Source of the DNA: Oscillospiraceae bacterium
Lineage (GTDB): Bacteria > Bacillota > Clostridia > Oscillospirales > Oscillospiraceae
Direction: 5' to 3'
Assembly: GCA_051867615.1 (NCBI GenBank)
Contig: JBJDYU010000055.1
Span: 1 to 32,000, forward strand
Length of the DNA: 32,000 nt
The notes beneath the pieces are model-generated. The model ran no database searches. It was given only the letters and a program-made list of their open reading frames with translations, and was not told the origin of the DNA. Position numbers and translations under genes: made by a program. This document shows positions 1 to 7,669 of the stretch, one piece after another (positions within the stretch are counted from its first letter, which is position 1; every line of letters starts with the position of its first letter).

Positions 1-26
1 ATAGGCCCTTATAGGGCCAACTCAAG

Positions 27-45
27 CCACCGGCTTAGCCGGTGG
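27..45 (-). terminator. Candidate stem-loop downstream of the ABC substrate-binding gene (weak terminator)
   Basis: Perfect 8-bp inverted repeat CCACCGGC-TTA-GCCGGTGG lies 38 nt past the stop at 83-85. A second hairpin GGCCCT-N3-AGGGCC is at 4-18. There is no clear U-tract on the minus strand. Confidence 0.3.
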
Positions 46-82
46 TTATGACTCTGTGTGAAAAGGATGCGAAAATGCCAAC

Positions 83-1282
83 TTAGTCCAGGACAGGCGT
101 CCAGGCCAGCTCCATGATCTCGTCAACATCGTCCATGCTGGTGATGAGGCCCAGGCGGACATAGCGGCTGGCAATATCCTTCAGAGCCGCGCCGGTGAAC
201 TCCTGAGAAGTGCCGAACTGCAGGGAGTTGTTGATCATGACGTTCATGTCATAGTCGCCACCATTCCAGCCGCGCTCCAGCAGCAGGGTGGTAGCTTCCT
301 CGGGATTCTCGCGCATCCAGGCGTGAGCCTTCTGGACGGCCTGCACGATCTTCTTGGCGTGAACAGGGTTCTCCTGCACGAAGGTGCGGTTCATGGCGAT
401 GACGCAGCAGTTCTTGTCAGCGAAGTCCTCATCCAGCAGAGAGCGGATGCACTTCAGCTTGCCTTCCTTCATCATGGCATAGGCGAAGGTGTCGCTCAGC
501 AGGGCGGCAGAGATCTCGCCGCGCTCCATGGCCGCCACGCAGGCATCGGAGGAGACCTGGATCAGCTCCAGGTCGGTCTGGGGGTTGATGCCGTCGGCAT
601 CCAGCAGCAGGCAGGTGATGTTGTAGTCAGAAGCACCGATGCCGTTGGGGACGGAGACCTGGGTGCCCTTCAGGTCCTCGGTGGTGTTGTACTCGCTGTC
701 CGCCAAAACATACAGGGACTTGCAGCCGATATGAGCGCCGCCGACGAAGGTCAGGTCAACGCCGTTGGTGATGGGGACCAGCATAGTGGCGATGTGGCCC
801 ACGGCCACGGTAGCCTGCTGGGTACCCAGCGCCTCAGTATAGGACGTGCCCTTGAAGCCCTCGGCGGTCAGGCCGGCCTCGGCATAGAAGCCCTTGTCAT
901 CAGCCACAGTGGGGCCGGAGGTGCAGCCGTCAGACATATAGTACAGAACGGGCTGGCCGTAAGCAGGCTCCGCCTCCATGGCGGCCTTCTCCTCGGCAGT
1001 GGGGGTCAGGTCGAAATTCGCCATGTCGATAGCACGGCCGTCGATCTCAACAGGGGTGAACAGCGCTTCCCAGTTGCCGGAGGCGGAAGCCTCGGCAGCA
1101 TCCATGTGGATGTCGGAGACGTTGACGTCCACATCCACACCGTCCTGGCCCATTTCGATCTGGCCGTCGCCGTTCAGGTCGCCCTCCAGCTCGCTGCTGC
1201 TGCCGCAGGCGGCCAGGGACAGGACCATGACCAGCGTCAGAAGCAGTGCGAGGATCTTCTTCGTGTTGGTTTTCGCGTTCAT
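83..1282 (-). CDS. ABC transporter substrate-binding lipoprotein, NitT/TauT (NMT1/SsuA-like) family
   Basis: ORF 83..1315. Preferred ATG at 1282 gives MNAKTNTKKILALLLTLVMVLSLAACGSSS (signal peptide plus lipobox LAAC), with AAGGAG upstream. It is the last gene after the cognate permease and ATPase. Family assigned from overall sequence character. Confidence 0.85.
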   Translation of the reverse strand: MNAKTNTKKILALLLTLVMVLSLAACGSSSELEGDLNGDGQIEMGQDGVDVDVNVSDIHMDAAEASASGNWEALFTPVEIDGRAIDMANFDLTPTAEEKAAMEAEPAYGQPVLYYMSDGCTSGPTVADDKGFYAEAGLTAEGFKGTSYTEALGTQQATVAVGHIATMLVPITNGVDLTFVGGAHIGCKSLYVLADSEYNTTEDLKGTQVSVPNGIGASDYNITCLLLDADGINPQTDLELIQVSSDACVAAMERGEISAALLSDTFAYAMMKEGKLKCIRSLLDEDFADKNCCVIAMNRTFVQENPVHAKKIVQAVQKAHAWMRENPEEATTLLLERGWNGGDYDMNVMINNSLQFGTSQEFTGAALKDIASRYVRLGLITSMDDVDEIMELAWTPVLD

Positions 1283-1350
1283 TGTGATATTTCTCCTTCT
1301 ACAATTTTTATTCAAATGCAGAAGCCTTTCTGCAAATTGAAACAGTGGGG

Positions 1351-2127
1351 TCAGGCCTTGCTCCTGCCGCCGAAATGGAGCTTATTCAGGATGTCGTTTC
1401 GATAGGCGACAAAGGAGGCGGAGGAACGGTCGCGGGGGAAGGGTTCCTCAATTTTTATGTCGGCGATCACACGGCCGGGATGTGCGTCCATGACCAGGAC
1501 GCGGGTGCCCATGTAGATGGCCTCGTCCACGTCATGGGTGACCATGACGGCCAGCTGCTGCTTTCCCTCCCAGATGCGCAGAATCTCGTCCTGCATATTC
1601 ATGCGGGTAAAGGCGTCCAGCGCGCCCAGGGGCTCGTCCAGCAGCAGGATGTCCGGCTCGTTGATGAGGGAGCGGGCCAGGGCCACACGCTGGGCCATAC
1701 CGCCGGAGAGCTGCGCGGGATAGTCCTCCCGGAAGTCCTGCAGGCCGATGATGTTGATCATCCGCTCCACCTTTTCCTCGTTGCCCTTCAGCTTGCCCTG
1801 CATCTTCAAAGAAAAGGCGACGTTGTCCCAGACCGTCAGCCAGGGAAAGAGCGTGGCCTTCTGGAACATCATGCCCCGGTCGGGAGCGGGGCCCTCGACT
1901 TCTCTGCCGTCCACGGTAACCTTGCCGGTGGTGGGCTTGATCAGTCCGGCCACCAGGCGCAGGATGGTGGACTTGCCGCAGCCGGAGGGGCCCACCAGGC
2001 TGATGAACTCGCCGCTCTCCATGGAGGCGGTCACATTGTCCAGGGCGTGGGTCACCTCGTCGGTCTCGATCTTTGCAAAGCTCTTGGAAACACTCTCCAG
2101 TCTCAGAACGACTTTCTTCTTTTCCAT
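1351..2127 (-). CDS. ABC transporter ATP-binding protein (NitT/TauT family)
   Basis: Walker A GPSGCGKST, signature LSGGMAQRV, Walker B ILLLDEP. The ATG at 2127 overlaps the permease stop (TAATG), indicating translational coupling. Confidence 0.95.
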   Translation of the reverse strand: MEKKKVVLRLESVSKSFAKIETDEVTHALDNVTASMESGEFISLVGPSGCGKSTILRLVAGLIKPTTGKVTVDGREVEGPAPDRGMMFQKATLFPWLTVWDNVAFSLKMQGKLKGNEEKVERMINIIGLQDFREDYPAQLSGGMAQRVALARSLINEPDILLLDEPLGALDAFTRMNMQDEILRIWEGKQQLAVMVTHDVDEAIYMGTRVLVMDAHPGRVIADIKIEEPFPRDRSSASFVAYRNDILNKLHFGGRSKA

Positions 2128-3197
2128 TACTTTTCCGCTCCAATCTGCCAGCGCAGCACGCGGCGCTTCACGGCTTCCAGAGATTTGGTCACCACGGTAA
2201 AGATGAAGCAGATCACGAACAGGGCGGCGAACATCTTGTCATAGCTGGCCCAGGACTTGCTCCAGTTCATATACCAGCCGAGGCCGGACTTCACACCCAG
2301 CATCTCCGCGATCATGATGGCGGTGCAGGAGCTGCTCATGGCCTGGGTACAGCCCTGGAAAATGGAGGGCATGGCGTGGGGGATGGCCACCCGGAACACC
2401 AGCTGGCGGCTGGAAGCGCCCAGAGTCCTGGCGGCCTCAAAGTAATCCTTGTCCACGTTGGCGATACCGGTCATGGAGGCCACGGTCACGGCGAACCAGG
2501 AACCCAGGGCGATGATGAACACGGCGCCGCCGAACAGCGAGGAGGCGATCACCATCATGATGGGGATCCAGGTGGAGGTGGGGATGGGGCCCAGGAACTT
2601 GATGATGGGGTCCACCCAGTAACGGCAGCGCTTGGAGTAGCCGCAGGTGATGCCCGTGATAAGGCCCAGGGAAACACCAATGAAATACCCCAAAAACAGG
2701 AGCCACAGCGTATGTAGGGTGCAGTCCCAGATCATGGCCCGGTCTTTCCATGCCGCGTTGACCACAAAGTTCAGGCAGGGCACAAAGGGCTGGGTCAGGA
2801 TGCCGGTCTTGAGGGTCAGATAGTCATAGACCGCCAGCAGCAGGAACAGCGCCGTGAACAGCGGCGCACGGTAGCGCTGCTTGTCGATCATATCCCGGTT
2901 GCCCTTCAGCATGACCAGGATAGATACCACGCAATACACTGCATAGGCGGCAATCAGGAGCAGCAGAAACACCAGATACACCCAGGGGTTTCTATTGATG
3001 CTGTTGTCCGGGATCTGGGTGTATTCCAGCACCGCGATAACGCCCCCCAGAAAGGGCAGCAGCCAGATGACCAGATCCATCCAGAGCTGAAATTTGGACT
3101 TTTTCACCCGTTCCAGCTCCAGCAGCTGTTTCCTTGTCAGATTCTGAAGCTGTTTGGTCTCCACTTGATTCGCTGCCACTCCGCTCACTCCCGTCAA
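2127..3197 (-). CDS. ABC transporter permease (NitT/TauT family) with extra N-terminal membrane segment
   Basis: EAA-type loop FEAARTLGASSRQLVFRVAIPHAMP and multiple hydrophobic helices. There is a ~100-aa N-terminal extension with additional TM helices. The start is uncertain: TTG at 3197, or GTG at 3179 with GGGAG 8 nt upstream. Confidence 0.85.
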   Translation of the reverse strand: MTGVSGVAANQVETKQLQNLTRKQLLELERVKKSKFQLWMDLVIWLLPFLGGVIAVLEYTQIPDNSINRNPWVYLVFLLLLIAAYAVYCVVSILVMLKGNRDMIDKQRYRAPLFTALFLLLAVYDYLTLKTGILTQPFVPCLNFVVNAAWKDRAMIWDCTLHTLWLLFLGYFIGVSLGLITGITCGYSKRCRYWVDPIIKFLGPIPTSTWIPIMMVIASSLFGGAVFIIALGSWFAVTVASMTGIANVDKDYFEAARTLGASSRQLVFRVAIPHAMPSIFQGCTQAMSSSCTAIMIAEMLGVKSGLGWYMNWSKSWASYDKMFAALFVICFIFTVVTKSLEAVKRRVLRWQIGAEK

Positions 3198-3228
3198 AAT
3201 ACAAATTCTTACAGCTTATAGCTTCGCC

Positions 3229-3258
3229 ATTATACCATAGGAACGGCGGGATAGTTAA
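3229..3258 (-). promoter_or_regulatory. Candidate sigma-70 promoter of the ABC importer operon
   Basis: Read on the minus strand: TTAACT (3258-3253), 18-nt spacer, then extended -10 TGgTATAAT (-10 hexamer at 3234-3229). It sits ~30 nt upstream of the permease start. Confidence 0.5.
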
Positions 3259-3270
3259 ATACCGAAATTG

Positions 3271-3321
3271 GATAAAAGCGTCCAAAAAATTACAAAATCC
3301 GATAAATTGTCCAAAAGATTA
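3271..3321 (+). repeat. Two imperfect direct repeats in the divergent intergenic region
   Basis: GATAAAAGCGTCCAAAAAATTA (3271-3292) and GATAAATTGTCCAAAAGATTA (3301-3321) are spaced 30 bp start to start. The core GTCCAA recurs inverted as TTGGAC at 3383-3388. Confidence 0.3.
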
Positions 3322-3501
3322 TTCTTATAGGCTCAGATTTATTGATGGTCTGATTGGCACACCTAGCTATAGACGTATCCGATTGGACAGGATATTTTTC
3401 CAATGGTATGCTGTCAGCTGAATGGATTGAAGGTTTTCAGTCGTATTATGAACAGAGGGGTCGATCCTGCGCTTCGGACCGGCCCGCAGAAAGGATCGTC
3501 T

Positions 3502-3987
3502 ATGCGCAGCGAACAGGAAGTAAACCGTGCGATGGAGCGGTACGCCGATATGGTCCTGCGGCTGTGTACGGTAAACTTAAAAAACAGCGCAGATGCGGAG
3601 GACATCTTTCAGACGGTATTCCTGAAATATACGCTCAGCAGCCAGATCTTCAAAAGTCCCGAACACGAAAAGGCATGGCTCATCCGGGTCACTCTCAATG
3701 CCTGCCGGGATCTGCTGAAAAGTTTTTCCCGGAAACACACCATTTCCCTGGAGGAGATCAGCAGCTATGCTCCGGAGGTCACCACAGAGCAATACGCCGT
3801 CCTGGAAGCGGTCTGGTCACTGCCGCGGGAATACCGCGACGTGGTGTACCTACACTACTATGAGGGTTACACGGCGCCGGAGATCGCCCGCATCCTACGG
3901 AAAAATCCCAATACCGTCTATACCCATCTGTTCCGCGCGAAGGAGCTGCTGCGGGGGTTGCTAGGAGGTGTGAACGATGAAGGATAG
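3502..3987 (+). CDS. ECF-type RNA polymerase sigma-70 family factor
   Basis: ORF 3403..3987. Preferred ATG at 3502 (AAGGA 6-7 nt upstream) gives a ~161-aa protein. Region 2-like segment ADAEDIFQTVFLKY and region 4 HTH YTAPEIARILRKNPNTVYTHLFRAKELL. The stop overlaps the start of the next gene. Confidence 0.85.
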   Translation: MRSEQEVNRAMERYADMVLRLCTVNLKNSADAEDIFQTVFLKYTLSSQIFKSPEHEKAWLIRVTLNACRDLLKSFSRKHTISLEEISSYAPEVTTEQYAVLEAVWSLPREYRDVVYLHYYEGYTAPEIARILRKNPNTVYTHLFRAKELLRGLLGGVNDEG

Positions 3988-4678
3988 CATAAAGACCGCT
4001 TTCGACTCCATTCAGACGCCGGAGCGCCTGAAGCGGGAGACCCGGGCGTATCTGCGCCGAAAGACCTTTGATTACGGCAAAAACGCCCTGCAGCGCCGCC
4101 GCTTCCGCAGCCGCCTGGCCGGGTGTCTGGCGGCAGTAGTGCTCCTTCTCACCGGCGCGGGGCTCTGGTTTCTGCCGGCAGCCAGCATCGGTCTGGACAT
4201 CAACCCGTCTGTCGAACTGCAGGTCAATGTACTGGACCGGGCCATTGCGCTGAAAGGGCTGAATGCCGACGGCCTGGCCCTGGCAGAGCAGATAAACGTA
4301 ACCGGGATGCCGTACGATGAAGCCATGCAGCGCATCCTGCTCAGCGATGCTCTCGCGCCCTATCTGGACCGCGGCAGCATGATCGCCATCACTGTGGTGG
4401 GCGGCGGCAACGAGGCCCACGCGGAGGAAATGCTGAGCAAGGTTGTCTGCCGGGCCTATGCTCTCGCGGAAGAAGAAAATGTCCTCTATTGTCAGGCAGA
4501 TAAGGACACGGTGAAAGAGGCCCGCGCGGCCGGTCTTTGCATCCCCCGGTACCTGGCGTGGCAGCAGCTGCTGAAAACGGATCCTGACGTCACGGCAGAG
4601 GAAGTGGCGCTGCTGCCCCAGGAAGCGATCCGGGAACTGGCGCATCTGAAAACGCTGGAAGACCCCTGCGGTGAGTAA
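3977..4678 (+). CDS. Putative membrane anti-sigma factor (single TM)
   Basis: Translationally coupled to the sigma gene (ATG at 3977 lies inside its last codons; AGGAGG at 3963-3968). It has a short cytoplasmic N-terminus, one TM (LAGCLAAVVLLLTGAGLWFL) and a ~160-aa extracytoplasmic domain. No ZAS HxxxCxxC motif. Function is inferred from position. Confidence 0.6.
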   Translation: MKDSIKTAFDSIQTPERLKRETRAYLRRKTFDYGKNALQRRRFRSRLAGCLAAVVLLLTGAGLWFLPAASIGLDINPSVELQVNVLDRAIALKGLNADGLALAEQINVTGMPYDEAMQRILLSDALAPYLDRGSMIAITVVGGGNEAHAEEMLSKVVCRAYALAEEENVLYCQADKDTVKEARAAGLCIPRYLAWQQLLKTDPDVTAEEVALLPQEAIRELAHLKTLEDPCGE

Positions 4679-4693
4679 AAAGGAGAAAACGCT

Positions 4694-5899
4694 ATGCTGA
4701 TGTTGATCTGGAAAAATATATCCCGGCGGCGAGCGCAGTCGGTGCTGACGGTGACCATCACCATGCTGACGGTCATGGTGTTCGTCATGGTCCTGGGCGT
4801 ATTTCAGACCGTGAACCAGGGTCTGTCCCTGAGCCGGGAGCGGCTCGGCGCCGACGCCGTTCTCATTCCCCAATACGCATCCGCCGATGGCAGCGACCTG
4901 CTGTTCACTGCGATTCCGGAAAATATCTATATGCCGGTCGAGGTGATAGAGCAGGCAAAACAGCTGGACGGTGTGGCCGCCATGACCCCGCAGTTCTACT
5001 GCCAGACGCTGGCGTTGTCCTGCTGCGAGCCCGGCGAGGAGGCCCGGATCATCGGTTATGATCCCGCCACAGACTTCATCCTCAAGCCCTATCTGGACGA
5101 AGACAGCCAGGACGGCATCACAGAGGACGAGCTGATCGTGGGCCGCAATTTTGAGGATGACGACCTGGTAGGCTATAACTATCTGGTGCTGGGGAAAAAG
5201 TTCAGAGTCGTCAGTATGCTGCAGCCCACCGGCACCGGTATGGACAGCACCATTTTCATGGATGTAAAAACAGCGCAGGATATGTGCCTTGAATCCGAAG
5301 TCCTCAGGCAGGACTGGCAGGACAAGGACCCCCACGACTACATTTCCGTCATTATGATCAAGTTGGCTGACGGCGTGGACCCGGAGGCCTTTGCCAAACA
5401 GGTGGAGGATTCCGGCATGGAAGCCAAGTGCCTGCTCACCGGAGACACCATTTCCTCCCTCCAGAGCCAGCTGGAGGTGACCATGCAGGTGATGTTCGCC
5501 CTCTGGGCGGCCTCCCTGCTGATCGCCGTTCTTTCTCTGGTGGGACGGTTCAACGCTCTGGCCAGGGAGCGCAGGAAGGAGATCGGCCTGCTGCGCGCTA
5601 TCGGTCTGAAGAAGGGGCAGGTTTTCGGCCTGATCATCGGCGAGACCTGCACCATGGCGCTCATGGGCGGACTGCTCGGCAGCGGCATCGCCCTGCTGTG
5701 CATGGACCCTGTGATCGAAATGCTGCAGGAAGCCTTCCGGCTGTCCCCTTCCGTCTGGTCTACTCCTCTGGCGCTGCTTTGCGGCGTCGCAGGCGTGGCG
5801 CTGGCGGGCCTGCTGGGCTTTGCCGCTGCCATCAGCCCCGCATTAAAGAGCGCGTCCATGGACCCCCAGGCCGCCATTACGCAGGGAGAGGTGAACTGA
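4694..5899 (+). CDS. ABC transporter permease, FtsX/MacB-like
   Basis: N-terminal TM (SVLTVTITMLTVMVFVMVLGV), a large extracytoplasmic loop, and a C-terminal 3-TM FtsX-type bundle (RKEIGLLRAIGLKKGQVFGLIIGE...). AGGAG lies at 4681-4685. Confidence 0.85.
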   Translation: MLMLIWKNISRRRAQSVLTVTITMLTVMVFVMVLGVFQTVNQGLSLSRERLGADAVLIPQYASADGSDLLFTAIPENIYMPVEVIEQAKQLDGVAAMTPQFYCQTLALSCCEPGEEARIIGYDPATDFILKPYLDEDSQDGITEDELIVGRNFEDDDLVGYNYLVLGKKFRVVSMLQPTGTGMDSTIFMDVKTAQDMCLESEVLRQDWQDKDPHDYISVIMIKLADGVDPEAFAKQVEDSGMEAKCLLTGDTISSLQSQLEVTMQVMFALWAASLLIAVLSLVGRFNALARERRKEIGLLRAIGLKKGQVFGLIIGETCTMALMGGLLGSGIALLCMDPVIEMLQEAFRLSPSVWSTPLALLCGVAGVALAGLLGFAAAISPALKSASMDPQAAITQGEVN

Positions 5900-5900
5900 T

Positions 5901-6566
5901 ATGGAAATCTGCAGGCTGGAACACATTCGCAAGGACTACCGCATGGGGGAAACCGTCACCCCGCTGAAGGACATTTCCCTTACCGTGGAGCCGGGAGATT
6001 TCATCGCCGTGGAGGGGCCCTCCGGCATCGGCAAGAGCACGCTGCTATATGTAATGGGTACCCTTCTCCAAAGTGATGAAGGTACATACCTCTTTGAAGG
6101 CAGAGACGTATCCCGATGCAGCGATGAGGACAAATCCACCCTCCGGGCAAGGAAGATCGGCTTCATGTTCCAGGACAGCGCCATGATACAGGCGCTGACC
6201 CTCCGTGAAAACCTGATCTTTGCCCAGAGCATCTGCGGCAAAAAAGATCTCAAGCAAGTGGACGAGCTGCTGCGTCTATTCGGTCTGGAAGATCGCGCCG
6301 ACTTCTTCCCTCATCAGCTCTCCGGCGGCCAGCGCCGCCGCGCCATGGCGGCCCGGGCGCTGATCCACGACCCCATGCTGATCCTGGCAGATGAACCCAC
6401 CAACGATCTGGACGAACACTGGTCTGAAGAGATCATGCGGATCCTGAAAGAACAGACCCCGAAGGGTACTGCAGTTGTAATGGTCACCCACAACAGCCGT
6501 TGGGCAGGAATGGCCACCCGGCGCTGCCGGCTGGAGGACGGTGTCCTGATAGAAATCAAGGGATAA
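5901..6566 (+). CDS. ABC transporter ATP-binding protein (MacB/LolD-like)
   Basis: Walker A GPSGIGKST, signature LSGGQRRRA, Walker B LILADEPTNDLD. It starts 1 nt after the permease stop. Confidence 0.95.
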   Translation: MEICRLEHIRKDYRMGETVTPLKDISLTVEPGDFIAVEGPSGIGKSTLLYVMGTLLQSDEGTYLFEGRDVSRCSDEDKSTLRARKIGFMFQDSAMIQALTLRENLIFAQSICGKKDLKQVDELLRLFGLEDRADFFPHQLSGGQRRRAMAARALIHDPMLILADEPTNDLDEHWSEEIMRILKEQTPKGTAVVMVTHNSRWAGMATRRCRLEDGVLIEIKG

Positions 6567-6580
6567 ACGAGGAGGATTCT

Positions 6581-7000
6581 ATGAAAACCAAACTGAGCAA
6601 TATTCTCATCGCGCTGCAGGCGGTCGCTGCCGTCTGCGTACTCGGTGCCGTCAAGCTCTGGGCCCCTGTTTGCGGCAAGCTGCTGGAGCTGGCCAATGGC
6701 AACGAAGTCCCCATGAAGTGCCACTATGCCGGACAGGCAGCCATCGGCGTGGCCGTTATCATACTGGCGGCCGCCGTCACGGCGTTCCTGATAAAGAAGG
6801 GACATAAGGGCCTGATGGTGGTCAACGCCGTTGCCGCCGTCGTCCTGTTCCTGGTGTTCAGCAGCCTCATCGGCGTCTGCGCCGCCGAGGGGATGCGCTG
6901 CCAGGTCACCTCCCTCTGGGGCAAAGGCGCCGCCATCGTGGTCTTTGCCTCGTCTCTGATCGAGCTGCTCCGGGGCAAGGAGGGGCAGGTTCCCGCCTGA
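6581..7000 (+). CDS. Small 4-TM membrane protein, DUF4418-like
   Basis: ORF 6500..7000. Preferred ATG at 6581 follows GGAGG at 6571-6575. MKTKLSNILIALQAVAAVCVLGAVKLWAPVCGKLLELANGNEVPMKCHY matches my recollection of DUF4418 (conserved Cys and MKCH motif). The family name needs an HMM check. Confidence 0.7.
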   Translation: MKTKLSNILIALQAVAAVCVLGAVKLWAPVCGKLLELANGNEVPMKCHYAGQAAIGVAVIILAAAVTAFLIKKGHKGLMVVNAVAAVVLFLVFSSLIGVCAAEGMRCQVTSLWGKGAAIVVFASSLIELLRGKEGQVPA

Positions 7001-7320
7001 CCCCGTGTCACGTGCCATCTCCGCAGCTACATGAGGCCAAACTCTCATTGCAGCACATATGCCCGCGATCCTCTTATGGGAGCTGCGACGGATATTGGTG
7101 TCTCGACAGAATTGGTGTCCGGCTGTTCATTACACGAAGCCAGACAGAGTACATCCGGAGTGCGTGTATATCGGGCAGAGAACTGTCGGCGCACCCCGAA
7201 GAAATATGACAGGATCCCATCATAGTCCTTTTCTCAAGCGGCTTATGCCAACGCCGTCCAGGATTCTGATGGGATTCTGTTTTGCCTTGCTGCCCAGTCC
7301 CTTGCACCTCTTGCCAGTAG

Positions 7321-7572
7321 GGCAGTCCGGACTGGAAGGGCATCAGCGCGGAGGAGATCAGCAGCCGGGCCACCAAGGGCGTGGGGCCGGGCTCCATTGT
7401 CCTGTTCCACAACGCCGGTGAGCACACCCCCGAGGCCCTGCCCACCATTCTGGAATACCTGAAAAACGAGGGCTACACTCTGGCCCCCATCTCCCAGCTC
7501 ATCCTCTCCGGAGCCTACACCATCGACCACACCGGGCGGCAGTTCGCCGCCACGGCTACAGAATCGGAGTAG
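7321..7572 (+). pseudogene. 5'-truncated remnant of a polysaccharide deacetylase (NodB-homology) gene
   Basis: The open frame from 7321 reads GSPDWKGISAEEISSRATKGVGPGSIVLFHNAGEHTPEALPTILEYLKNEGYTLAPISQLI. This is typical of the last ~80 aa of CE4 deacetylases. An in-frame TAG sits at 7318-7320, and upstream sequence in all frames lacks deacetylase character. Confidence 0.7.
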
Positions 7573-7608
7573 CGGAAGTGCGCCGCGCCGCAAACCGGCG
7601 TCTTTGCA

Positions 7609-7650
7609 GAAAAAATACGCCGCTGCGACTTCTTCGCAGCGGCGTATTTA
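7609..7650. terminator. Bidirectional rho-independent terminator
   Basis: 13-bp perfect stem ATACGCCGCTGCG (7615-7627) / CGCAGCGGCGTAT (7635-7647) with a 7-nt loop. An A-run lies on the left and T's on the right, so the minus strand reads stem + TTTTTTCTG directly after the C-S lyase stop at 7670. Confidence 0.85.
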
Positions 7651-7669
7651 TCATGTTTCCTATCGGGTA

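Noticed and set aside
3198-3501. Possible TPP or other riboswitch upstream of the NMT1/ThiY-like ABC importer
   Set aside because: The best promoter candidate leaves a leader of only ~25-45 nt. I found no CUGAGA / ACCUGAUCUGGAUAAUGCCAGCG-like THI-box elements or other conserved riboswitch cores on the minus strand.
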